A DNA stretch of 63,182 nt, counting the filler, from Neoconidiobolus thromboides FSU 785 (taxonomy: Eukaryota; Fungi; Entomophthoromycota): the NCBI GenBank assembly GCA_025603075.1. It is 7 parts of 7 records of this genome, joined end to end, with 100 filler letters (N's around TTAATTAATTAA, not from the genome) between each part and the next. Parts side by side here need not be neighbours in the genome. Positions count along the whole stretch, not along the records: positions 23,494 to 47,110 come from MU626524.1; positions 47,211 to 57,209 come from MU626650.1; 5 more parts are not named here. One strand, given 5' to 3'. This document shows, piece by piece, positions 37,590 through 50,210 of this stretch. How positions within the stretch are numbered: position 1 is the stretch's first letter; every line of letters starts with the position of its first letter. The translations under genes were made by a program, and so were the position numbers. The notes under the pieces were generated by a model. It was given only the letters and a program-made list of their open reading frames with translations, made no database searches and was not told where the DNA came from.

Positions 37590-39588
37590 TTAATTTATTA
37601 AAGATGCATTAACAATTAAAGGAGTATCCAAGGCCAAAACAACATGAAATTTATCATTAATTTCCAATTCTTGTTCCAATTTGAAATTAAAGTTAAAAAG
37701 TAAGGATGCTACTGTAAGATATAATTCTAACCAAGCCAAACTAATATTATTATAATAAAAATATTAATTCAGATGTATAAACAATGTATAAAAATCAACT
37801 TACTTTCTCCCAATACAAGCTCTTGGCCCAATTAAAAAAGGCGAATAATTTTTTAAAGATTGGAGCTTACCATCTTTAATCCATCTTTCAGGTAAAAATT
37901 TATCAGATTGCTCCCAAAATGAAGATAATCGATGTAAAGCATATAAATTGACTGCTACTGAAGTCTATTTTAAAAACAATCATTATTAATATTGATCTTA
38001 TTTGATTTTTATGTATTAAACAAAATAAATTTACCTCTTCTGGTAAATAATAATCTAAGATAGTACTTCCACCCTTGGGTACCATTCTAGGCAAATCACC
38101 TGCAGCTGCTGGATATAATCTTAAAGTTTCATTGATTACAGCATTCAAATAAACACATGATTCTTTACATTGAGAGTAATTTATATCCTCAATAGTATTA
38201 AATTGTTGTTTTATTTCATCCCTTAATTTTTTCATACATTCCGGGTTTTTCAATAATAAATAAAATACCCTTTTGAAAGAGTTTGGATTAAGCTATTGTA
38301 TGACATTAAAATATAAGATAAACTTACCAACTTAAAGTATTAGCAGTGGTATCAGTACCTACAAGACTGCAAAAGGATTAAGTTAATATAAAATAATTTA
38401 AATATTATTAGTAATATAGTATTACATTTGAGCTAAAGCTTCTTCTACAATTTCATCATTCGTTAATTTTTCATTAGTTTCTGAACTTTTTCCATTGATA
38501 ATAGCTTGTAATATTGTATTCTTTTTTGGGTTTGAGTTTTCGATTGCTTGATGGGTAAACTAAAATATAACAAAAATAATTAATTTAATTAATAATATAA
38601 TAAATTGATAATTGTATTTACTTCATATAACTTCTTTACCCCATCTAATTGATAATTTTTAAAAAAAGGGAACACAATGGTCTACATTAATTTAATCTAT
38701 TTAGTATTGCGATTGTTATTATGTAAAGTGTGTTCTTACTAAAGCTGAATAAATCAATAAACTTTTAATATAGCTTAAAATGGGATGATGTCCAGTTTTT
38801 AATATATCAAAATTTTTACCAAAACATAATTCCCCTATCATGTCCTATTATGATAAAGTAAATATATTAATAAAAGAATACTATTAACATTAGTATATAT
38901 AATATTCACCATAGTTAAAGAATTAAAATATTTAGTTAAATCAACCGATTGATTTTGATTAATATTAATTTCTACTTTCTCTATTATTGTAGTAATCAAT
39001 TGTTTAATTGTATTCTCATAGCCTAATATATTTTGATTGGAAAAACTTGGACCAATGATGGATTTCTAATATAAACAAATAAACAACTAATTAATAGTGC
39101 AAAAAAATATAATTTCTAAAATTACTCTTATTCGATGAATGGATTTATCCCTTAAAAAAGCATTAGTAATTATACATAAAAACACCTTATATCTTATATT
39201 GTTACCTAGTAGTAAATATATTTTCTCCATTAATATCGAAATCTGAATACATTCTATCTTTTTTATAATTATAGGTAGAATAAATTTGTTTCATTGCCTC
39301 TTCATCTGAAAATGACACTCTATTCCATCCTAATCGGATTACTTTTCCATACTCTTCATGTAAACTTAATATTTTCTTATGACTGCTTCCTAAGATTATA
39401 TAAATATTCATCATATACGGGAAGATCAAGTGAGAGATTGGACCAGGTATCTTGCTCAATGGATGGTTGTAAATGACATTGTATAACTAATTGCACAGTA
39501 AGTTTGATGTTGGATTACACTTTAATAAATATGATTTTACTTTATAAAAATAATAGCTAGTTAATAATAAACAGAGGAGTGTCAACAT
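37590..39588 (-). CDS. Cytochrome P450, about 11 exons (CYP53-clan-like style)
   Basis: Spliced frame MLTLLCLLL...|LYNVIYNHPLSKIPGP...AQI|LVGTDTTANTLSW...ETLRLYP...FLPERW...PFLIGPRACIGR|NLAWLEL...*, using GT-AG introns throughout. Confidence 0.88.
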
Positions 39589-42246
39589 GGTTTCAAAAGT
39601 TATTATAACAAAAATGATAATTTTTTTAAATCTTCTTACTTGAATACTTTTAATGCTTTATTTATATATTCTCATCATCTTGACACTTTTCATATCACTT
39701 ATTAAAACTCAAACTTACCACAAATAGCCATTTGATATTTGATTTGGTGTTTAACTTCACTTTTCTTACAAATCTTTAAATTTCGCTGTTTTTAAAATTT
39801 CCAAATCCAGCGTTTTAACAAGTTTATTCAATAAAAATCATAACTGTAATCATTAAAAGTATCCGAGAAACCAGAAGAGATTCTTAAGGCTCACTTTGTT
39901 GTGAGATGAAATATACCATAGGAAACCCCTTACTTCTATTCTTTAAATGATAACAACACAAGAAACTACCTTCCCCTAACTCACATTATAACTTCACAAA
40001 TAAAGTTAATCTAATACTACCAGATAATAACATCAAACTATTAGTAATCCCAACTTTTCTTTTTAGCTGATACTTATGAAAAAAACCATCCCAATTTATT
40101 CCTTAGTCCAAAACAAATGATTACAGCTACTGCTGCTTTATTGAGACCTAATTAACTACTTATTTAAGAATAAAATTAAAGTCAAAATCAAGTCGAAACA
40201 TGAATTAGGCTTCAAAAAAATTAATAGAACAAACGGTTGACTCTAAAAATTACCGCAACTTGGGGCTTCAATAAGCTGGAACGCTTGTATCAACCTTAAT
40301 TTTGGATTTCATAATTTAATTTGAGCCCAATAAAGTAAGATTGAGTTAAAGTATAAAAAATATGATAAAGTAAAAGATAATCAAAAGGTTGAATAAACCT
40401 CATTATTAAAAAAATATATCACCAGTTTCTCGAAAATTTCTAAATGCGGGAAAGGGTTAAGGTTCAAGAATAGTACAACTATATTTGATATCTTGATGGA
40501 TTAGGTGTCACCAGAGGATAACATGGATTGAATTAATAATATAAGAGAAATAACAAGTTTAACAGAATTGAAGAATAGGTTGATTAGATTCTATTTTAAT
40601 GATGGTTAGTTATTGTTTGAGATTAGTTTATGCTATTTATGGAGGGATTCTGAAGGCTAATTTTTTCATAGTTTATTTGTTTCAAGATGTTAAGATGTTG
40701 GGATAAAAAGGAATTAAGATAAAATTATATACAATAAATATTAAACACTCGAACCAATTATATCTTTTCGAAAAGCTCACTTCGATTATATTAATATTAT
40801 GTAATTAACTTTATTGCTAAATGTTTTAAAATAATAACAAATAACCTTATAAACTCATTAACTCGCTATTACTATTATTACTTTAAAAGACAATTATGTT
40901 GCCAAATTTAAAATATCTAATTTTAAGTTGACATTTTTTAATTAAATTTGAAATGTTCGTTAATATTTTTTTAGCCTTTTATAAAAAAATAATTCATGCA
41001 GAATTTTAAAATAAGCTTTATGTTAAAATGCCACTACTTACTTTTATTTACATTCAAATGTACAGTTTTTTGAAGACTCTTCGGCTCTTATTTCTAGTTG
41101 TTTCTTTCAAAGCCTAATCCTCTTAACTTTCAACAAGATCTATATCTAAAAATTTACCCTTAAATGAAAGGTAGAACTGCATAAGTAAATAATAAGAGTA
41201 TTCAAGCTGTAAAAATGACTAGCTTTTGAATAACTCAAGGGTTATTTCTTTTTATTAAGTTGTTTTTTCTTTTATTCATCTGTTAATTAAAATGAAACAT
41301 CCCAGATTATGTGAATTATAATTTCTTTAACATTAATATTGGGCTTTATGGAAATGAAATTATTTTAGATACTTACTGTTGTAGTCAATAACCTTATCAT
41401 TTTTAACAAAATAATTTTTTAAAATATTGACAGCAATAGTTGGTGATTAATTCAATAATAGCAACTTTTTGATTCTTTTAATAAGTAAAGACGTTATTAA
41501 TGAATGTTACCATATAATTTTTAATGAATGATTTAAGGATATCAATTTTTTAACATTTATTTTTTATGGGTATTTAATTTCCCCTTGAGCTTAGAAACCT
41601 CAAAGTTAAATAAAAATCAAAGCAAGCTCCGTGGACTATTATCTAACTTGTATCAACTATATAAACAGCTAAGAGTAAATCAATTTAAACAATATAACTA
41701 AACTATCAATCTTATTCAAATATTTAGTTGATGTTACACTTAGATTCAAAATTAGAGTGTCAATGTGCTAAATCATAGATTAATAAACTTTTTAAACTTT
41801 TGAGTTTATTAAGCAAACTAAAAATAGATTTTATTTATTACACCTGTTCTAGTCTATAGTTTCGGAAAAATAAAGTTAGTCGATTTGTATAAAGTTTTTT
41901 TGTAAAAATGAAAGATATTCGATATATCAATATAGCTAAAAATAAAGTAATAAGTAGGCTCATATAGTATGTATATAATCTTTAGATTAAATGATAGTTA
42001 AAAATTTACTAAATATCAACAGCTTAACTATATACTTAATATATTAAGATATTTTAAAGATTCAAAAGACGGCATAATTCAGAATAAATCAAATATTATT
42101 CAATCCTTAAACTAAAAACTAAATTAAATGGTGAGCATTTATGGATTTGAGGAGAAAAAACCTAGAATGAATAATTATATAAACATCACTTTCTATTTCC
42201 AAGCCCATAATTTTATTTAAAATTAATATATTAAACAATATAAAAT

Positions 42247-42927
42247 ATGGCTAACTCTAGTGATTTAAGATTAAAAACATTTATCAGAAGGGGACGTTTA
42301 CTGTCCCGATCCTTAGATCTATTATGTAATATGTTTATTGTCACAACTGTATCCATTATGTTGGTATTCTATAACATGTATAAAGATGCTACTTTCACTT
42401 TTATCGATGCGAATGACAACACTCAAGTCCAGAATTTGTTTCCTTCCACTCTTAACTTAACACCCAGTTATGTATTATTAGGCGTTGCTTGTGTAAGTTG
42501 TCTCTTTTCATGCTTAGTCATGTTATCTTATCTACGTTCTAACAAATTGGCCGGTAAAATAAGCACCACTTCATTAATTGTAGAAATCATTGGAGCCATT
42601 GTATTCTCTGCTTTATGTTTTTATGGATCCTCTGTATTCCAAATTCCTAAATCACGACAATTGGCTAGACATGATTTATGGGCAGCTACTTGTATGCCAT
42701 TAAGAAATCCACCAGCTCAACTTCAACCAATGCCAAAGTTTATTTATGATATTATTTATCCAATGTGTAGTGCTGGTGATTGGAGTGTTATTTGTGGTTT
42801 TATTTCCGGGGCGTTACAAGGGTTACTAGCAATTATTTTACTCACTTCGTCCGTGAGACTGTATCTTAGGTTTAAAGCTAAACGTAGAGAATCTCAAATG
42901 TGGGAAAGACAGGCATTAAATTTTTAA
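42247..42927 (+). CDS. Hypothetical 4-TM membrane protein
   Basis: 226-aa intronless ORF with four hydrophobic stretches; no family recognised. Confidence 0.7.
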   Translation: MANSSDLRLKTFIRRGRLLSRSLDLLCNMFIVTTVSIMLVFYNMYKDATFTFIDANDNTQVQNLFPSTLNLTPSYVLLGVACVSCLFSCLVMLSYLRSNKLAGKISTTSLIVEIIGAIVFSALCFYGSSVFQIPKSRQLARHDLWAATCMPLRNPPAQLQPMPKFIYDIIYPMCSAGDWSVICGFISGALQGLLAIILLTSSVRLYLRFKAKRRESQMWERQALNF

Positions 42928-43741
42928 GATTTTTCTAGATAATAAAGAATTTTTTGTATATCTACAATTATTTTTATCGCTATACAATCAAGGACTTTAC
43001 TATGTTTTTCTCATGTTTTTTCATATTTTATTAGGCTTGTGCCAATAGAGTTTTAGTCTTCTTAAGTTGATCTTAGAACCAGTGTAATTACTTTAGGTTT
43101 CTTTAACATAGGTAATTGTTTTACTTGATACAGGTATAATATGCAATATATAAAAAGGTAGTTCTATAAATAGACTATTTTTAGTTATCTATTTTTAGAA
43201 TTTTTATATTATAATTTTAGTGAAGTGATTATTTCTTGATTATGATAATGACTAAATTTTACTTTGCTTATTCTTTTTGATAAAGACATTTTTGTAATTG
43301 ATTTGATTTAAAAAAATTTATTAATCAAACCCAATTCAAGAATTGCTTTTTTTGCTACAATTTTGTTAATTTGATTGCAAAAATTTAAGTCCTAATCAAA
43401 CTTTGTTTGCAAAAATAACTTTTAAAAATAAGCTTTCATCAATAACTTTACTTGTATAGAAGGTATTGATAGAATAATGAATAACTTTTATTCTCACTCT
43501 TTCAATTATTAAGCTACTGGTTTAGCTAGGGAATACAGTAGCAGTAGCCTAATTATTAAAAACCATTATTTACTTGCTATTGAAAAAATAGGGTGAAAAA
43601 GCAGAAGGAAAAAAGCAACCAATCAAATCAAGTATATTAGAAAAAAAAGGATAAAGAAAGCAAGATTTTGTAATTTTATTTTTTGATTTATTTTCAAACA
43701 GGTTAAACTTATTAGTAGTTTACATTAATAAATTTTTTACA

Positions 43742-45670
43742 ATGGCTGACGATTTAGATCTTGAAAGTTGGTTAGAAGCACCATATAAGGTAGGCTTGTT
43801 TTTTGGATTCAAAAGCTAGCTGTTAATCTATCTTTATTAGAATGATAAAGCTTCCAACTCGAATATGGTTGTAGAAAATACTGACGACGCTACAAAGGAT
43901 AAAAAACCGGAAGTAGCTAAAGAAAGTGAAAAAGAAGAGCCTAAGGGAGAAGATAAAGAAAGGCACAGGAGTAAAGACAAAGAAAGAAGCAAAGATAAAG
44001 ATAGAGAATCTAGTAGCAGGTACAATTTCTTAATAGTAATTTTATTAAATTCTAATAAAATTATTAGACATCGTAGTGACTCTCGTTCACATACTCATCG
44101 TTCTTCTAGACATCGTTCTAGATCAAGAGAAAGAAGAAGCCATAGGTCTCGCCGTTCTCCTTCTAGAGAAAGAAGACATAGAAGAGAAAGATCACGAGAA
44201 AGAAGGAGAGATGATCGAGATGATAGATATAGAGAGTCACGTCGTCCAAGATCTCCAGTAAAGCCAAGGTATGAATATATTTTTATATACAAAGGTAGAA
44301 TTTTTAAAAAAACAACTAGATCACCATCACCAATCGTTGATGAACATGATCGCGACCAGCGTACTGTATTTTGTACTCAGTTAGCAGCCAGACTTACCAG
44401 CAGAGAACTAAAAGAATTTTTTTCACAAGTTGGAAAGGTAAGAGATGCACGCATTGTTTCAGATAGAAATTCTAGAAGATCTAAAGGGTAATTTTTTTTA
44501 CAATTGTACATAATACAAAATACTGAACATTTAATTAGAGTGGGATATGTTGAGTTTTACACGGTATCATCGGTGGATCCAGCAATTGCACTTTCTGGAC
44601 AAAAATTGTTAGGTATTCCTATTATTGTTCAGGCTTCAGAAGCTGAAAAAAATCGATATGCTGAGGCTAATACTGTATATAATGCAAATAGCTCCTCATC
44701 AGTGCCATACCATAGATTATATGTAGGAAACCTTCAGCCTAACCTTACTAGAGAAGATTTAAAGCAGCTCTTTGATCCATTTGGTCCTATTGATTTTATA
44801 GAGCTTCCTACTGATATAGCTACTGGGCGCGGAAGGGGCTATGCCTTTATTCAGTAAATAGTTATTAAATTGAGGTATCATATCTAATTTATTTATAGAT
44901 ATAGAAGGATGGAAGATGCTAGGACAGCTTTAGCTCAGATGAATGGATTTGAGCTTGGTGGAAGACCAGTAAGTTTAATTTCTAAATTAATTATAGCTTT
45001 AAATAAACATTTATAGATTAAAGTTGGGCTAGTTTCAGATAAAGGGAATAATGCTGGATTTAGCCTTGATGAAGCTGGTAATATTTTACTTTGATAAGCT
45101 GATAACATTTTTAATTTTATATAGATTCTGGATTAGCATTAAATTCTCATTCACGTACTGAACTTATGAAAAAATTAGCTAGACAAGATGATATTGTGGT
45201 TGAGGGTGAAAAGTAACTAACATAGTTCATTTTTGTCGTTAACTAATTCACTTTAATAGATCCTCAAGCTCGCCTTCTATCTCTCGCTATATCTTGTTAG
45301 AGAATATGTTTGATCCAGAAACGTAAGTTATATTTACTTTACATACTTATGTAATTTTATGTCGTCTTTTAGTGAAACTGAACCGAATTGGGAAACCGAA
45401 CTTGAAGAAGAAGTTGAAGATGAATGTAACAAATTTGGCAGAATCCGTCATATCTCTTTAGATGGAAAATCAAAGGTAACAAAGTTTGAAAATAGTATTT
45501 AAAACTGCTTTAATACCAATCTATAGGGCAACATCTATATAAAATTCGATTCAACTTCTGGAGCACAAAGAGCCATTCAAGGTTTACATGGTCGTTGGTT
45601 TGGTGGACGCCAAGTGGTTGCTAAGTATCTCACAGAGAAGATATACTATTCTCGATTTCCTGAAGCTTGA
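43742..45670 (+). CDS. RBM39: Splicing factor RBM39/CAPER-like (RS domain, two RRMs, UHM), multi-exon
   Basis: [16 protein letters not shown] start, RS-rich region, RRM1 RDQRTVF...RNSRRSKG|VGYVEF, RRM2 RLYVGNL...GRGYAFIQ, C-terminal UHM (NMFDP...GRWFGG). Confidence 0.92.
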
Positions 45671-46279
45671 GCAAACATAAATAATAATATAAACTTACAT
45701 TATTTGTTAGATAGTAATTGGCTCTAAATCTTTCGCTCCAATATCCTAAGTATCAGTAAAACTAACAATTAAAATATTTTATATTTGATCTTTAAGTTGA
45801 TTTTAATTTAATTTTAAATTATTTAGGAAACAGAGGTTTATAAATGGGTGGATATATAATTGCGATAATGAAAAAAATTGGTCTTATTTTTAATAATTTT
45901 TAGATTTTTATAAATTGATTTATAGGTATTATCCCTTTGGTCTAATTTTATTCGATTCAAATTTAAAAAGTGGATGTTTAAAAACTGTTTTGTTAATATT
46001 CTGTACTGATTTAGAATATAAATTTGTATATTATTATAGCTGTCATTAACTAATATTTGATTAATTTATATTTAGATAAATTATTTTTTAATCTACCAAC
46101 ATTTATAGAAAAATACAAATCTTTTCTTAGAAATTTTAAATTTTGAATTACCAAAAACCTAATACATTGGCCAAATCATGATGTGATTTATAAGTAGTAT
46201 ATGGCATTGACGTAAATAGCTATTATGTCAAAATATGTATTGTGTTATGTGATTTTAATATATATATTATATCATGCGT

Positions 46280-47110
46280 AGTTTTATATGTTATTATAAG
46301 AACCAGATAACCATATTTTTTAAATAAAATTGTAAATTCAAAAGGTGGAGTATATTATAATAAATATGCCAAGTAAAAAACTGAGAACTTGTTCCAAAAA
46401 TAATAGACTGCGTAAAGTAAACAAAAAATTAAAAATATAAATAGGCAAGGTGTAGAAAGATAAATTCATTATAAACTGTATATGTTTATAATTAGTATAG
46501 TTTTAACACCAATATTTTATATCATTAATTTTAACTATGTAAATATAAGACAGTGTCTTAACCAACAACCAAAGTTATTTTATTTCAATATTAGTGAGAT
46601 ATTGTCAAATATCTTAAGTAAATGCCTTCTCATATTTCATATCATTGAAGAAATTATTTTGCATTATTTTAAACTTTCCAATAGTTATAATAGTAATTTG
46701 AGATATATCCTTTGCTCCATATTTTTGATAGTAAATGCTTTGAATTATTTTAATTTCAAATTATCTTTCAATTATGTTTTAATACCATTGTATAGTGTTG
46801 ATATAGTTAACACAGCAGTAGATTGTATAAGTGGATACTATGGTAATTTCGACTAATTTGTAAATTGTTATAAATACTAACTACTACTTTAGCTAATAAT
46901 ATGACTAGCTATTATATAGTAGTAATTTTATTACTTAAATGCTCAAGTTATATATGTATAATTTCTAATTTATACAAAGATATTATTTGTAATTATATCA
47001 ATAAGCTTAAAGGTACTATTAGGAGCCTTTGTAAAGCTTTCAAGTTAATTCTACCTTTTTATATATCCCTCATCAATAAAAAATATATATTTGAGGTTGG
47101 TATAGCTACA
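46280..47110 (+). repeat. Right arm of the long inverted repeat
   Basis: Mirror of 23494-24330; paired coordinates sum to 70604 in the near-identical part. Confidence 0.9.
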
Positions 47111-47210
47111 NNNNNNNNNNNNNNNNNNNNNNNNNNNNNNNNNNNNNNNNNNNNTTAATTAATTAANNNNNNNNNNNNNNNNNNNNNNNNNNNNNNNNNN
47201 NNNNNNNNNN

Positions 47211-47824
47211 ATGGATATCCTTATTTTCTTGTCTTCTTTCTTAACTCGCTTTGGAATTATTAGATTCAATACTCCATCAGTTAGATCTGCTTGAATCTCT
47301 TCAGCTAAAATATCATGTTTGACTTTGAAGCTTCTCTTAAAACTCTTCTTTGACCTTCTTTCTGTAAGTAAATGCTTTCCATCATCAGTAACACTTGATG
47401 TGCTTATAGAAGCATTATCATCTTCATTAGTTTCATCCGCTTCTTCTACTATAACAATATGCTCATGTTTCTTTGGTCTATAGACATACTCTCCTTTTAA
47501 AGTAAGTGTATTATCGACGTTATCAAATGAAATATTAATGTCTTCTTTTTTAAATCCGGGTAATTCAGCTTCAATAGTATAATAATTTGGAAACTCTGTT
47601 ATGTCAACATATGGCCATTTCTCTTCTTTAGGCTTAGTAGTATTGATTGTGACGTTGTTGTTAGTATTTATAGTTTGTTTCTGTGGATTGTTCTCTTGTG
47701 GAGTAGTTGGTGTTGTATTTTTCTCATGATGATTGAAAGGAGTATAATGCTCAGGAGTAAATACAAAAGGATGGAATTCTTTAGGATAATATACAAATGG
47801 GTTGTTATTTAAAGCAGCGAACAT
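47211..47824 (-). CDS. HSP20 copy 2; last 7 nt of the CDS fall in the gap
   Basis: 47211-48077 matches 22527-23393 (offset 24684) with no differences found by eye. Confidence 0.75.
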
Positions 47825-48517
47825 TGTTTGATGTTGAGTTTGGTATTTAATTTAATATTTAGTTTGATATTTAATTTAATATTTAATTTAATTTTTTATA
47901 ATTTTTGTAATAATTTATCACTTGCTTTTATACTTTTTTTAAAATTATTTTTAAATTGATGGATTTTACTAAACTTTACCAAATTTTTAAGCAATTATCT
48001 AGAAATTTCGATAATAATTGTAACGTTGAGTCCAAATTAGGAAATTTATTCAGGATAATTTGTAATATTAATTATATATTATAAATCTTGACAAAATTAG
48101 TAATATTGCAACTGTAAACTATTTACTAATAACAAAAATAAATATCCTAGTATTTTAATTACTAATGCATTTTTATAATTTTCAACTTTAATAAACAATT
48201 TTTATTAAATAAATTATCTTTGAAAAGTGTAAATTTATCAAATACATTCAATTAGTTATATACTAGATTTGAAAAAATAATAATTAAACAACATAGAAGA
48301 TGATGATGATTATTATATTATTTTTAACTTGTATATATACACTTAATAAAATAACTAAAGTTTCTAAAAAGCAAAAAAGTAATTTATCAACATTAGTAGT
48401 AGACCAAACCTAAGGAGCTATTAAAATATTTGCATTGGATTTTTGCAAAAATCCAATTACTTCCTAAATTAAATCTTTAAAAAAACAATGAAATATCATT
48501 TTCTACCTTGAATAAAA

Positions 48518-50086
48518 ATGGATAACGACGAAATGAATGAAGTAATTGACCATAAAAATATTGATAAAATGTTGTTAAACTATATTAGGACTTAATGAAA
48601 ATAGTTGAAGAATATGCTGAAGAATATTATACTGAACTGGATCAACTAGATATGACCAATAAGTTGGAGCTAAGATCCTTGGTGGCATTGAGTAATTGAA
48701 TTAATTTGAAAATATCAATAAAAGATATTTATATTGAAATTTCTAGGTTGTCTTATGGAAACTTATATTGAAGAAGAAGTTGAAAAAGAATTAAATCCAA
48801 GTAAAAAAAGAAAGATTGAGTTTGCGAACAGTAAAACTCCAATGTATATCAGTAGCTCAGATGAAGAGGAAGTTGCTGAAGAATTAGGTCGTTTGTTACA
48901 AGTTAATAATTCTGGAATATCAACATCAGAAGAAAAAAATCAGGCATTTAATTATTCAATTAACAACTCTGGTTTATTGGCGAAAAAGTCGAGTAACCAA
49001 ATGATGGATGATTTAAATGACGCTTCTGAGATAAGAGTATCTAGTGAGCAAAGAGAAACTGCTAATCAAAATGAGTCAACTAACCAAAACGATAACAATG
49101 ACAAAGATTTCGTTCTAATAGAATCTAATGATGATGGAGTAATGGGTTTCAAATTTAATAATACGGAAATAAAAGATGAGGAGGAAACAACATTGATTAA
49201 AAATGAAGCAGAGTTTAATTTTATTAATGATAGTTTGATTACTATTGATTATAGCAGCGAAGATAGTGAAGAAAACGAGGAAGAGAGAGGAGGCAGTGAG
49301 GAGGATAGCGAAAGTGAGGAAGAAAGTGAGAAAGATATTAGTAGTGATATAACTCAAATTGAAAATGAATCAATACATTCATTGAGCAGTAATTATAAAG
49401 ATGTAATCATAATTGAATCAAGTGAGGATGATATAGCATCTATGACTGAGGATGATCAGGTGAAAAGAGAAGCAAATAGTGATGATGAGTCAAATAAAAA
49501 TAACAATTTAGTATTTAATGACTTAATTAAACAAGAGAATTTCATCCATGAAAATAGAACAGTTAAACAAGAAAGGTTAAACGATGAAGATATAGCAAAC
49601 CAAAGTAAATCCAATGAAATACTAATTAAAGTAGAGGATATTAAAAATAAAAATGGAATTGTAAAACAAGAGGTAGTCGAAGAAACTTTGGTTGAAATGG
49701 AACAAGTTCCAATTAAACAAGAAGGAAGAGAGATACAACTACAAAATGGTAATGATAAAGAAAGTGAAAATGAAAATGAAAGTGAAAGTGAAAGTGAAAG
49801 TGAAAATGTAAATGTAAAGCAAGAATCAGTTGAGGAAAGTTTTATTGAAACTGAACAAGCCATAACTAAGCAAGAAATGGAAACTCAATTACAAATCGAT
49901 TATAATAATATAAAGAGTGAAAATAAATTTGGTATTAAAACCGAAAATATAAAACAAGGATCAAGAAGAAACAAAAGAGATTTAATAAAGGAAAAAGATA
50001 CCAAAATGGAATCACAAGATAAACATAGTAGTGATAGTAAAAGCTCTTATGAATTATTTAAAAGTGAAGATGAACTAGAGATATAA
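48518..50086 (+). CDS. Acidic low-complexity protein with an Rrn10-like N-terminal motif; exons 48518-48541, 48589-48691, 48747-50086
   Basis: Two GT-AG introns give MDNDEMNE|DLMKIVEEYAEEYY...LELRSLVAL|SCLMETYIEEE, followed by about 430 aa rich in E/S/N/D, a KKRK basic motif and repeated IKQE/VKQE. Confidence 0.7.
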
Positions 50087-50096
50087 ATAATTATTT

Positions 50097-50191
50097 GAGG
50101 ATATATTTTTTTGTTTAAAAATTTTACTAACAATCTTTCCGCTCAAATAGCGCTTAAAAAATGGAAAGTGAAACCAAAAAAAAATATCTTT
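50097..50191 (+). mobile_element. GGGGATG MITE between convergent stop codons
   Basis: ATTT/ATTT flanks. Confidence 0.75.
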
Positions 50192-50210
50192 ATTTATTTA
50201 AAATAAAGAC

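Noticed and set aside
39900-40730. C-rich and G-rich flanks suggesting diverged inverted repeats
   Set aside because: I could not align them convincingly; this is compositional skew only.
49760-49810. GAAAGT/GAAAAT hexamer tandem repeat
   Set aside because: It simply encodes an ES/EN low-complexity tract in the acidic protein.
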